A stretch of 50,646 bases of DNA from a virus: IMG/VR virus record IMGVR_UViG_3300045450_000119, positions 1-50,646 of that record; one strand, written 5' to 3'. Positions 33,301 through 41,465 of the stretch are shown here, piece after piece. Made by a program: the position numbers and the translations under genes. The first letter of the stretch is position 1. Every line of letters starts with the position of its first letter. Under the pieces are notes generated by a model that was not told the DNA's origin, did no database searches, and saw only the letters and a list, made by a program, of their open reading frames with translations.

Positions 33301-35942
33301 ACGAGAACGCCGACCGCGGCGCGATCCAGACGGTCATCGACAAGGCGCGTGAAGAGGCGGTGGCCGTCACCCGCGGCGTCGACGGCAAGGCGACGTTCCT
33401 CGCGGACGAGGTCCTGCGGCGCCTGGACAACGGCTTCCTGAACGGGGTGCTGGGCCGCGAGGGCGCGAAGATCGTGAAGGGCGACAAGCGCATGGAGCGC
33501 ACCGTCGCGCCGAAGGGCCAGCCGGAGCCGGCGGTGACCCGCGGCGAGGTCGCGGCCGCGAAGCGCGAGACGGGCGCCGACTACGTCGACGACGTCGCCG
33601 AAGACGTTGAGCTGGCGGCCGAGCGCGGCGACATCGCGCCCGACGACACCGCGAAGCTCGAGCTCTACATGGCGATGCTCGCCGAGAAGACGGGCGCCGG
33701 CCAGCTGTTCGACCGCATCGGCGTCGCCGTCTCCGGCCGCTACGGCATGCCGGACGCGAAGCCGGTCGCGCTGATCGTGGAAGGCCGCACCCGCGCCGCC
33801 TCCGCCGAATACGCCGAGGCGATCTCCCGCTGGATCCACGGCGGCCGCCAGCGGCTCGCCGGGGCGGGGATGCCCGGCCTGCGCGAGCGCCTGGCCGCAG
33901 AGCTCGGCGTGCCGAAGGTCGACTACGCGACGATCAGCTCGAAGCTGCGCCAGTGGTGGCACGCGCTCGCGCAAGCCGACGGCACCCTCACCGGCGACGA
34001 GCTCCGCGCCGCGCTCGTGAAGGGCAGCGACGGGGTCAACCCGCTCAGCGAGGGCGAGGCCCAGATGGCCTCCGAGTTCAAGGCGCTCATCGACCGGGTC
34101 TTCGACGAGTCCTCGTCGGGCCCGTTCGTGCGCTCCGGCATCGAGACGGCCGACCTGGTGCGCACGCTGCGCAGCCACGGCTTCGAGGACGGGACGCCGC
34201 TGGGCGCGCTCACCCCCGACGCCGGCGAGTCTCTCGCCTGGCAGAGCGGCACGTGGCGCGACTTCGAGCTCACCGAGGATGTCGACCCGCTCGACGTCCT
34301 GCAGGGCTACTTCGGCGCGCTGTCGGCGTCGAGCGTGCGCCCGTCGGTGGGCGCGGAGATGAGCCTGCACTTCGACCACCGGGCCGCCGGGCTGACGCCC
34401 GCGCAGGCGCGCGCCGAGGGCTGGATGAAGATCGACACCCTCGACGCCCGCGGCGACGGCCTCGCCCGCTACCTGGACCCGGACAGCTACTTCCCGCCCG
34501 AGATCCGCAAGCAGATGACCTACCTCGAGAACTTCCTGCAGTCGTCGCGGTCGTTCGGCAACTCCGGCATCCGCGGGCAGATCATCTCGACGTACAAGAC
34601 GATCCTGCACGTGCTCAAGTCCTCGGCGACGATCTGGCGGCCCGGCCACCACGTCGCCTCCGTGCTCGGCGAGGTCAGCATGCTCGTGATGGCCGGTGTG
34701 AACCCGCTGCAGTCGCTGCGCTCGTTCGGCGTCCTCCGGGCCGCCGGCCAGATGCTCGACGCCGACATGAGCGTGCTCGGGAAGATGGACAGCCTCGCCA
34801 ACGGGCGCGCCCTCGACCCCCGCTTCGCGAACATCGCGGACGGCCGCGGCGTGCAGCTGACCGTCAACGGGCAGCAGGTGCAGCTGACGAACGCCGAGAT
34901 CTGGACCGCGGCGCTGCGCCACGAGGTCGCGATGACGCACACCGCGACCCGCGACATCGTGGACGCGCCCTCGGTCCGCTTCGAGAAGTCGGAGTGGCGC
35001 AACCCGTTCGCCGCGGTGGACACCCGCCTCGGCCAGTTCTCGGCGACGCGCGACAACGTGACCCGGATCGGGCACTTCATCGACGCCCTCGAGAAGGGGA
35101 CGTACCGCTCGCTCGACGAGGCCTACCGCCGCGCCGCGTCGAAGGTGCACGACTACCACCCCACGATGGGCACCCTGTCGGCCTTCGAGCAGAAGTACGC
35201 GCGCCTCGCGTTCTACTTCTACACCTGGGTGAAGCAGGCGGCGTCGCGCGTGATCCGCACCGCGCTCGACCAGCCGGGGCTGTTCATGCTCCCTTTCAAG
35301 GCCCAGTACAACGCGGCGGAGGCGGCCGGCTTCGACCCGGCCTCTTTCGGCCAGCCGATGCCGACCAACCCGGACGTGCTCGACGAGGCGTACGGCGAAG
35401 ACGGCTACCCGGACTACTACCAGACGGGGCTGCTCGGCCCGACCTTCCAGGCGGGCGACTCCCCGATCGACGGCGGCGAGGGCAACCTCTGGGGCTTCTC
35501 GCTCTCGACGCCGCAGATCGACACGCTCACGACCGCGTTCAAGGGCATCGACACGGACCCGGAGGACCCGCTCGGCGGCGTCTACGGCGCCATCGGGGCC
35601 CCGCTGGGGATGCTGGCCGGGGCGGCGTCCCCGGTGATCAGCGTGCCGCTGCAGCTCGGCGGCGTCGACATGACCGGCTTCGGCGCCCCGGAAGGCTCGC
35701 GGGAGGTCAACGAGATGCTGCTGCGCTCGACGGGCGCCCCCGGCGCGCTGGCCGGCGCGCTCCCCGGCTATAACGACGTCTTCGACCCGGTGGCCCCGCC
35801 CGCGGCCCGCAAGTCGCTCGAGGCGCAGGCTCGCGAGAATGCGGGCTACGAGGCGGAGCAGGCGGAGGCGGACGGCGACGACGTGCGACGTCTCCTCAAC
35901 TACCTCACCGGGACGAAGGTGACCAACTACTCGAAGGGGTGA
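30354..35942 (+). CDS. Giant virion-internal/ejection protein candidate (1862 aa), function unknown
   Basis: GC3 is high and uninterrupted. It is the last gene of the structural block, positionally equivalent to T7 gp16. I recognise no catalytic motif. Confidence 0.8.
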   Translation: MPYSDQQIAGILGFFQQKRDNTAAAKADMRRAVVADTTYQNMDAKPRVRPGAYSKTVGNYSPGAVRPIDEDTRTFSAADRAARAKNPEMAVTNDGTEAGSSTSDLLNAAGGGTLGGNLFEERDAAEAPKNFTQWLVDALGTGTNVTARAGEALIKGGQRARAQADKGDWGGAIGTGLKAVTLDQAGGAARGLTEGLGARYDGERARTWGQNLEDVGTERALKGALGEQAGGIAQGTLGFVADVGLDPTTYLTLGLTGVARGVAGGAQLARAEGRSVAAGAARGAFEGAAARRAEIAAQAAQARAARQARKNPTGPVSTGAEQMARDAAARQGDQAMPAPDPATRRPDVPAAAVPDAAVVTAADDLATPALAPEPAPEPVRVPEVPAQAAPELPAGPAEALGRQMEAAVPERVELPAGAVDDAVPGAARAEEAPAGPVVDPKDAAARAATDELLPQIEGRSPDVDPDAVLAQAAGARAIPEDTATGIMDAATALRGGGHTVASWEKSIKELTKGKANAEFFGRTVKYRGQEMTLRDALRDAGIGALTGSARGFGPLDSMLKVINGAATPKISPDSIGAALEKAQPGLTAQLDLADIMQKLVGADEAGRKAVLQEAIGARTGEKYESFDKAIAGAVDGKIEASMMRSMLRALGINTRATTPHGMRKVLAEKGLTRWEELQNSIMTAAESVDRHGLPDDAVEAAKEVDAPAALEAMTIHYQTKVEELGFDPAVMAPMKEGGTVVGEAVHDAIQAFGRRVKGAEMSEAYDNTMMQDLWGATMRSAARYANQNRMSGARRGDWLYERVLKAVDLTEDYARSVGSMPRIATRDAEVPDPVFVSLGQILRAADPAAVKAALFSPDMAPIAREGAKITRYNYGISLYPTAMGDAVHHAVKAVKTGRLGPEVEAELVDLLTAKHRGTKNTWAQSSAGVAAIKQWAAAVADPGFLRHMVQLDGDQGPVAVAIAQQAAEGIITPMTERIIKALNENADRGAIQTVIDKAREEAVAVTRGVDGKATFLADEVLRRLDNGFLNGVLGREGAKIVKGDKRMERTVAPKGQPEPAVTRGEVAAAKRETGADYVDDVAEDVELAAERGDIAPDDTAKLELYMAMLAEKTGAGQLFDRIGVAVSGRYGMPDAKPVALIVEGRTRAASAEYAEAISRWIHGGRQRLAGAGMPGLRERLAAELGVPKVDYATISSKLRQWWHALAQADGTLTGDELRAALVKGSDGVNPLSEGEAQMASEFKALIDRVFDESSSGPFVRSGIETADLVRTLRSHGFEDGTPLGALTPDAGESLAWQSGTWRDFELTEDVDPLDVLQGYFGALSASSVRPSVGAEMSLHFDHRAAGLTPAQARAEGWMKIDTLDARGDGLARYLDPDSYFPPEIRKQMTYLENFLQSSRSFGNSGIRGQIISTYKTILHVLKSSATIWRPGHHVASVLGEVSMLVMAGVNPLQSLRSFGVLRAAGQMLDADMSVLGKMDSLANGRALDPRFANIADGRGVQLTVNGQQVQLTNAEIWTAALRHEVAMTHTATRDIVDAPSVRFEKSEWRNPFAAVDTRLGQFSATRDNVTRIGHFIDALEKGTYRSLDEAYRRAASKVHDYHPTMGTLSAFEQKYARLAFYFYTWVKQAASRVIRTALDQPGLFMLPFKAQYNAAEAAGFDPASFGQPMPTNPDVLDEAYGEDGYPDYYQTGLLGPTFQAGDSPIDGGEGNLWGFSLSTPQIDTLTTAFKGIDTDPEDPLGGVYGAIGAPLGMLAGAASPVISVPLQLGGVDMTGFGAPEGSREVNEMLLRSTGAPGALAGALPGYNDVFDPVAPPAARKSLEAQARENAGYEAEQAEADGDDVRRLLNYLTGTKVTNYSKG

Positions 35943-35979
35943 TACTTTTGACGCGCCACTTCCGACTGAAAGGATCCTC
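35938..35979 (+). promoter_or_regulatory. Conserved promoter/leader GGTGATACTTTTGACGCGCCACTTCCGACTGAAAGGATCCTC (extended -10-like TGATACTTT plus SD)
   Basis: About 85 percent identical over about 45 nt to the minus-strand sequence at 49624-49581. The giant-gene stop TGA supplies the TG. Confidence 0.5.
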
Positions 35980-36537
35980 ATGAGCAACCTGCTCTCCGAG
36001 CTTCGCAACACGAAGCCGACCAAGTTCTCGGCCGCCACCGCGGGCTCCGAGGTCACCATCCAGCGCGGCGGCGAGGCCCCCTGGAAGGGCATCGTCGTGG
36101 CGAACCACCCCGAGTACGGGCCGAGCCGCCTCCCGGCGATCTACGTCCAGCCCGACGAGGGCGGCGACGCCGAGCTGATCATGGGGAACGGGCGCGCGAA
36201 GCTCGTCGTCGAGCGCGCCGCGCTGCGGCCCTCGAAGCCGGTCACCCCCGGCGACGCCGTCGAGCTCACCGCGAAGCCGACCACGAGCACCGCGGTCCTC
36301 TTCCACGGGGGGATGGGCTCGGCGAGCTCCATCATCCGCTGGGCGTCCGGCTACGCCGCGATCGAGTACCGCGCGGATCCCGACGACGAGCTGCTCATCC
36401 CCGGCGGCGGCACGGACCCCGACGTCGTCGTGCTCCCCGGCGACTACGTCGTCTGCACCGCGAGCAACCGCTTCACGAAGCTCACCGCCAACGAGGCGGC
36501 CGAGCTCTACGAGATCAAGCAGCTGGTGGCCGGCTGA
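35980..36537 (+). CDS. Hypothetical protein (185 aa)
   Basis: ORF track, with ATG after AAAGGA. Confidence 0.75.
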   Translation: MSNLLSELRNTKPTKFSAATAGSEVTIQRGGEAPWKGIVVANHPEYGPSRLPAIYVQPDEGGDAELIMGNGRAKLVVERAALRPSKPVTPGDAVELTAKPTTSTAVLFHGGMGSASSIIRWASGYAAIEYRADPDDELLIPGGGTDPDVVVLPGDYVVCTASNRFTKLTANEAAELYEIKQLVAG

Positions 36538-36656
36538 TGTGGCGCCACCTCGGCACCCAGGCCTTCGGCGTCGTCGTGCTCGCCGGCATGCTCGTCGTGC
36601 TCGGCCTCGCCTACGTGGCGCTCTACGGCGTGACGGAAGCAGTCGTCGGCCGCTGA
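36537..36656 (+). CDS. 39-aa single-pass membrane peptide
   Basis: TGATG overlap. Translation is MWRHLGTQAFGVVVLAGMLVVLGLAYVALYGVTEAVVGR with high GC3. Below the track cut-off. Confidence 0.55.
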   Translation: MWRHLGTQAFGVVVLAGMLVVLGLAYVALYGVTEAVVGR

Positions 36657-36673
36657 CGCGCTCCTGACGCGCA

Positions 36674-36708
36674 AGAGCCCCCTCCCAGCAGCTGCGGGAG
36701 GGGGCTCT
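36674..36708. terminator. Bidirectional terminator (13-bp perfect stem AGAGCCCCCTCCC / GGGAGGGGGCTCT, 9-nt loop)
   Basis: It lies between the convergent ends of the rightward (36656) and leftward (36724) arms. Confidence 0.75.
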
Positions 36709-36723
36709 GTCGTGCGCTCGAGG

Positions 36724-37413
36724 TCAGCGCTCGGCCGACGCGATCACCTCGGCCTCCGGGGGCATGACCACGCCGGGGACCGCGCGGGCGATGGCGCTGT
36801 TGCGGTTGTCGACGTTCGTCAGCCGCGTCTCGACCCGCGCGAGCGCGCGGGCGATGGCGACCAGCATGAGGTAGTTCCTCGACTGCAGATCGTCCGCGGT
36901 GAGGTGCACGTCGTTCGCGTCGACGTGCTGCAGGTCGGTGATGCCCGCACCGAGGGTGTCGAGGTCCTTCTGGATGGCGGTCAGGTCGGCCATGTTCTGC
37001 TCCTGGTTGGTGTCGATGAACTTGCGGAAGTAGATCTCGGGGTCGACGGCCACGCCGTTGATGCGGACCTCGAAGTGGAGATGGACGCCGACGACGTTAC
37101 CGGTCGCGCCCTGCACGCCGATCGCCTCGCCGCCCTCGACCTCGTCGCCCACCGCGACGTCGACGTGCGACTGGTGGCAGTACCACGTCTCGATCCCGGA
37201 CTCGTGCTCGATCACGGTGCGCAGGCCGTAGGCGCCGGCCATCCCGACCGACGTCACGCGGCCTTTCGCGGCCGCGCGGATCGTGGTGCCGTTGCCCCAG
37301 CCGTAGTCCTCGCCGTAGTGGATCGAGGGCGAGCTCGGAGTCGGCTTCGGCCGCCGACCGAACGGCGTGTTGATGTTGCCCGGGGACGGGCGGTTGGTCA
37401 GCATGAAGCTCAT
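36724..37413 (-). CDS. M23 (LytM-type) metallopeptidase endolysin with unknown C-terminal domain
   Basis: HYGEDY (HxxxD) and GVHLHFE (HxH) are present. It is coupled by ATGA to the upstream membrane protein. Confidence 0.8.
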   Translation of the reverse strand: MSFMLTNRPSPGNINTPFGRRPKPTPSSPSIHYGEDYGWGNGTTIRAAAKGRVTSVGMAGAYGLRTVIEHESGIETWYCHQSHVDVAVGDEVEGGEAIGVQGATGNVVGVHLHFEVRINGVAVDPEIYFRKFIDTNQEQNMADLTAIQKDLDTLGAGITDLQHVDANDVHLTADDLQSRNYLMLVAIARALARVETRLTNVDNRNSAIARAVPGVVMPPEAEVIASAER

Positions 37414-37841
37414 CGGGTGGTCCTCTCGTCCTGCTTGCGCGACCGGATCTCTGCACGCAGCCTGCCCGCCTCACGATACCCGCGGGCCATCGTGATGCCG
37501 ATCGCCGTCACACACACCGCGGCCGACCCGTAGACGAGGGGGCGGAGGATCGCGCGGCCCCAGTAGTCGCGGTCGAACCAGACGCCGAGGCTGTTCAGCA
37601 CGAGCAGCGCGCCGAGCACGAAGAAGAAGCCGGCGAGCACGAGCCCGGCCTGCGTCTCCCAGAAGCGCAGCCGGGTCGCGTAGAAGAACGCGACGCCGAG
37701 CGTGACCGCGGTGAGCACGAGCATGAAGACGTTCGTGAACCAGTCAGAGACGGACCACGCCGCGGAGACGCGGGGGAGCACGACGGTGAAGTAGCTGGCG
37801 ACGTAGTCAGTGACCGAGGTCAGGAAGGGAATCTGGGGCAC
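37410..37841 (-). CDS. Holin-like membrane protein (3-4 TM)
   Basis: GTG start follows GAGGAG. Hydrophobic segments are FTNVFMLVLTAVTLGVAFFY, LVLAGFFFVLGALLVLNSLGVW and LVYGSAAVCVTAIGI. Confidence 0.7.
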   Translation of the reverse strand: MPQIPFLTSVTDYVASYFTVVLPRVSAAWSVSDWFTNVFMLVLTAVTLGVAFFYATRLRFWETQAGLVLAGFFFVLGALLVLNSLGVWFDRDYWGRAILRPLVYGSAAVCVTAIGITMARGYREAGRLRAEIRSRKQDERTTR

Positions 37842-38073
37842 TGGCGCTCCTCGGTCGGAAGGTGATCGTCACGTCCCGGCCGAAGCCGTTTTCGCGGTAG
37901 CGCGCAGAGATCGGCGCCACGATGGACTCTACCCACGACTTCTGCCGCTCGGCGTGCGCGAGCCCGGCCTGAGCCTTCTCGAGCTCCGCCTTCGCTCGCG
38001 CACGTTCAGCCTCGGCCGCGGCGCGGATGCGACCGACGTTCGACCAAGGCATCGAGATCATGGCGCCCATCAT
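37807..38073 (-). CDS. Coiled-coil hypothetical protein in the lysis cassette (88 aa)
   Basis: ATGA overlap with the upstream stop and a GGGGGGAGG SD. It overlaps the next gene by 35 nt. Confidence 0.55.
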   Translation of the reverse strand: MMGAMISMPWSNVGRIRAAAEAERARAKAELEKAQAGLAHAERQKSWVESIVAPISARYRENGFGRDVTITFRPRSASAPDSLPDLGH

Positions 38074-38351
38074 CCTCCCCCCGGCTGGCGAACCTTCATG
38101 GATTCGGTGAAGAAGTAGCCCACGGCCTTGAGAGGCTCCTCGAAAGCGCCGATCGTGTCAGCCTGCTTCTCGATCTGCGCATCCTTGACAGCGATCAGCG
38201 CCTTCTGATCGGCGATCAGCTGGTCTTTCACAGTCACGATCGCGTTGTGCTGCGCCTTCGTGTAGACGAGGTTGGTGCCGAACGCGAGCACCGCGAGGAT
38301 GCAGAAGGCGACGATGCCGCCGTCGCCGACCGCACTCAGAATCTCGCTCAC
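38070..38351 (-). CDS. Single-TM plus coiled-coil protein (holin/antiholin- or spanin-like)
   Basis: N-terminal transmembrane segment GGIVAFCILAVLAFGTNLVY, followed by a heptad-like region. Confidence 0.65.
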   Translation of the reverse strand: MSEILSAVGDGGIVAFCILAVLAFGTNLVYTKAQHNAIVTVKDQLIADQKALIAVKDAQIEKQADTIGAFEEPLKAVGYFFTESMKVRQPGGG

Positions 38352-38360
38352 GTGCGCAGC

Positions 38361-41300
38361 CTACCCGCCGTTGAACGAGAGCGCGTCGAGCGTGCCCATG
38401 ACGTTCCCTGTCGTCGTCACGCGGACGTACTTCCCCGGGGTCACAGTCGAGGTCACGTCGTCGACGGTGACCAGCTGGACGAGCGTGCCGGCCACGTCCT
38501 GCCACGCCGTCAGGCGCACGCCGCCCGTGATCGGCTCGAGGCGGACCTTGATCCGCACGCCGGCCGCGAAGGTCGCGCTGTTGAGCAGTGCGGTCGCCGC
38601 CGAGCCGAGCGCCGTCGTGCCCGCGCCGGCCGGGCGGCGGCCGAAGCGGAGCGTGTTGTCGACGGCGAGCGTCGCGCGCCAGAGGCCGATCGCAGATGTG
38701 CCGGTCGCGACGCTCATCGACGCGGCGCCCAGGTCGAGGAAGACGGAGGCGCCCGTGAATGCGAGGATCGCGTCGATCTCCATCGTCGTCTTGCCGGGCT
38801 GGATGCCGAACGATTCGACGCCGACGCGGGTGACGCCGGCCGTCTGCCACGCGAGCTGCCCGGACCCGTTGATCGCGTAGGCGGTCGGCGTCTCCGTCTC
38901 GTAGCTCATCTTCACGCCGCCGTACGCGATGTCCGTCTGGCGGCCAGCGAGCGTCGTCGTCGCCGAGCCGGCGAAGCTGTCCGAGGTGATCGTGCTGATC
39001 GTCACCGGGGTCACCGGGGTGGTGCCGCCGCCCGTGCTCGAGCCCGCGCCGGCAGGGATGCCGAGCCGGCGGCGCACGATCTCCGCGAGGAGGTCGTGGC
39101 CCTCGTCGCCGAGGTGCACGCCGTCGACCGGGACGCCGTTGGTGCTGGCGAAGAGGTCGAACGGGTCGTAGCCATCACCGGTGCCGGGGATGCCGACCGC
39201 GCGGAAGTCGCCGGAGAGGTCGAAGTAGACGACGTCGTCGGGGAACTCGAGCGCGAGCTCGCGCATGATGTTGAGGTAGTCGGACCAGGGGTACAGCGGC
39301 GGCTTGTTCTGCGCCGTCGAGTCGAGGCGCTGGAAGGTGCCGAGCAGCACGATCAGGAACGGCTTCTTCGCGGCAGTGAAGCCGTCACGCAGCGCCTGGA
39401 TCCACCCGCGCATGTTCGCCTTCGACCAGGCCACATTGTTGGTCGTCGTCGAGCGGGACCAGTCGTTGGAGAGCACCATGCACAGCGGGACGGCGAGGCC
39501 CTTCGTGGAGGACTGCAGGATCATCTGCTGCACCATCGTGGCGCTGAGGAAGTTCTGGCTCGTCGTCGACGGGATCGCGTAGTTCACGCACTGGATCCCC
39601 GGGCCCAGCTGCGGCGGCGTCGAGCTCGAAGGCTTGTCGACGGTCGCGGGCTGCGCGGCGCCGGAGGCGAGCGGGTAGGCGGCCTGCGCGGCCGCCGTCA
39701 GCTTGTTCACGAAGCGGTTCGCCTCCGTCGACGCCGCCTGGCCGGCGGGGGTCGACGAGCCGTTGGGAAAGAGGATGATCGGCGCGTCGTTGCGGCGACG
39801 GATCGCGCCGTGCAGGCGCGGGAGGGCGCCGGTCACGTCCTTGCCGACGCCGGTCGCCGCGATGCCGTCGATGCGGGTGTTCACGGTCGCGATCTGCCCG
39901 TCGACGGTCGTCTTCGTCGGCCGCAGCCCCAGCTGCGTGTTCACGGCCGCCACCTGGTCGGCCACCGCTTCCTGGTCCGCCTTCGACGCGATCTGCGCGG
40001 TCAGGTCAGCGACCTGCTCGCCGACCTCCTGGCGGTCCGGGCGGGCGAAGATCGCGTCGTTCTGGATGTTGAACTGCGCGATGACGTCGGAGGCGTTCGC
40101 CTTCGCCGCGAGCGCCTGGCTGGTCACCGGGGCGAGGGCGAGCGGGTCGATCCCGTTGGCCGAGCCGAGCACGCCCTCGTAGACCGCCTGCGCCGCGCGC
40201 GCCTGGCCGGCCGGGTTCGGGTGCACCAGGTCGGGCTGGCGCAGGCCTTCCTCCATCCACGAGAAGAGGCCGTCGTACAGCCGCGCCGGGATCGCCTTGA
40301 TCTTCGGGTTCGCGATCGCCGCGACGAGGGAGTAGAGCACGGGCCGGAACCAGGTCGAGATCACCTCGTTGCTCGAGCGGTACTCCGGCTGCGGCGCGCG
40401 CGCGACCGCGGCGAACGCGGCCGGGGACAGCAGCAGCGGCGGCGCCATGCGCACGTCCGGGGTGCCGTTCCACGGGTGCACGGAGACGACGATGAGCGGC
40501 GCGGCCGCGAGGTTCTCGACCTCGAAGACGAGGCTGTCGCCGGGGGAGAACTCGCCCGCGGTGTCCCGCCAGGTGACCGGCACCGGGGAGTACGGCGCAC
40601 CCAGCTGGGTGCCGGCGCCGCCGTAGCCGTGGTCGATGGTCGTGTCCGTCTTCACGGCGCGCGCGGCGCTCGCCGGCTCCGACGCCCGGCGGATCCGGGC
40701 CGTGTAGTTGGTCCCGGTCCCGTCGACAGGCGCGAGCAGGATCATGGTCGCGCCGGCGCCGATGCCGGCCGGGAACGTGATCGACGCCTTCGCGCCCTGC
40801 TGCGTGGTGATCTTCGCCTGGCCGAAGCCCTGGCTCGAGGTGCCCGGCGCCTGGACCGACCAGGCGAGGTCCGACCACGTCCCGGTGCGCACCCAGTTCG
40901 AGCGGGCGCTGCGCGACTGCACGAGGCCGAGGAACGCCTCGACGCCGTCCGCGTAGGCGCGGTACGCGGCCGGGCGCCGCTCGGTGCCGGCGCCGACGAA
41001 GAAGCCGCCCATCGCCGCGTCGTTCGTGCCGAAGTTCGTCACCACCACCTGGCCGGGCAGGAGGCAGTTCGGGTTGCTCTCGTCCTGCCACTGCGAGCCG
41101 CCCTGCTGCACCATCCGCAGGACGACGTCGGACGCCGTCGAGCCGCCGACGTGCTGGATGGTGTTCTTCGTCGCCTGCAGGCGCGCCGGCACGAGCTCGT
41201 TGTGCATCACGGCCGGGGGTAGGCCGGCGCCCGTGTCGGCAACGCCGAACGAGTCGCCGCGCCAGGCCCACTCGCGCCCCAGCCACGGCGCCTCCGGCCC

Positions 41301-41441
41301 GAGGAGGGTCGGCTGGTAGCCGAACGCGCTCCCCGGCGGCAGGGCGCCCGCGGGCACCCTGCCGACGGCGTCGGCGAGGATCAGTCCGTTCGGTCCCCCG
41401 ATGTCGTCGATCTCGAGGAAGAGGCGGGGGCGATCGGCCAT
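38361..41441 (-). CDS. Tailspike/receptor-binding protein 2: two SGNH/GDSL-type esterase modules plus C-terminal beta-sandwich
   Basis: Module 1 has AWRGDSFG, VTNFGTNDA and DLVHPNPAG. Module 2 has LFPNGSST, LSNDW and VDGVHLGDEGH. ATG follows AGGAG. Confidence 0.8.
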   Translation of the reverse strand: MADRPRLFLEIDDIGGPNGLILADAVGRVPAGALPPGSAFGYQPTLLGPEAPWLGREWAWRGDSFGVADTGAGLPPAVMHNELVPARLQATKNTIQHVGGSTASDVVLRMVQQGGSQWQDESNPNCLLPGQVVVTNFGTNDAAMGGFFVGAGTERRPAAYRAYADGVEAFLGLVQSRSARSNWVRTGTWSDLAWSVQAPGTSSQGFGQAKITTQQGAKASITFPAGIGAGATMILLAPVDGTGTNYTARIRRASEPASAARAVKTDTTIDHGYGGAGTQLGAPYSPVPVTWRDTAGEFSPGDSLVFEVENLAAAPLIVVSVHPWNGTPDVRMAPPLLLSPAAFAAVARAPQPEYRSSNEVISTWFRPVLYSLVAAIANPKIKAIPARLYDGLFSWMEEGLRQPDLVHPNPAGQARAAQAVYEGVLGSANGIDPLALAPVTSQALAAKANASDVIAQFNIQNDAIFARPDRQEVGEQVADLTAQIASKADQEAVADQVAAVNTQLGLRPTKTTVDGQIATVNTRIDGIAATGVGKDVTGALPRLHGAIRRRNDAPIILFPNGSSTPAGQAASTEANRFVNKLTAAAQAAYPLASGAAQPATVDKPSSSTPPQLGPGIQCVNYAIPSTTSQNFLSATMVQQMILQSSTKGLAVPLCMVLSNDWSRSTTTNNVAWSKANMRGWIQALRDGFTAAKKPFLIVLLGTFQRLDSTAQNKPPLYPWSDYLNIMRELALEFPDDVVYFDLSGDFRAVGIPGTGDGYDPFDLFASTNGVPVDGVHLGDEGHDLLAEIVRRRLGIPAGAGSSTGGGTTPVTPVTISTITSDSFAGSATTTLAGRQTDIAYGGVKMSYETETPTAYAINGSGQLAWQTAGVTRVGVESFGIQPGKTTMEIDAILAFTGASVFLDLGAASMSVATGTSAIGLWRATLAVDNTLRFGRRPAGAGTTALGSAATALLNSATFAAGVRIKVRLEPITGGVRLTAWQDVAGTLVQLVTVDDVTSTVTPGKYVRVTTTGNVMGTLDALSFNGG

Positions 41442-41465
41442 GGGGGTCGACTCCTAGGTGGGGGA

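Noticed and set aside
30354-35942. The giant protein as an N4- or crAss-type virion RNA polymerase.
   Set aside because: I could not find DxDGD/NADFDGD double-psi-barrel motifs or T7-like A/B/C motifs by eye. QLDGDQ at one site is too weak. I kept it as unknown.
29259-36092. 2277-aa minus-strand ORF antisense to the giant gene. Similar long ORFs are 1051-2661 (-), 8516-10483 (-), 38247-41222 (+), 41550-46523 (+), 12744-13994 (-), 20424-23000 (-) and 18213-20060 (-).
   Set aside because: Their translations are Arg/Gly/Ala/Pro/Asp-rich low-complexity strings with poor third-position GC. They are the open antisense or shifted frames expected in very GC-rich DNA, and the opposite strand carries convincing genes.
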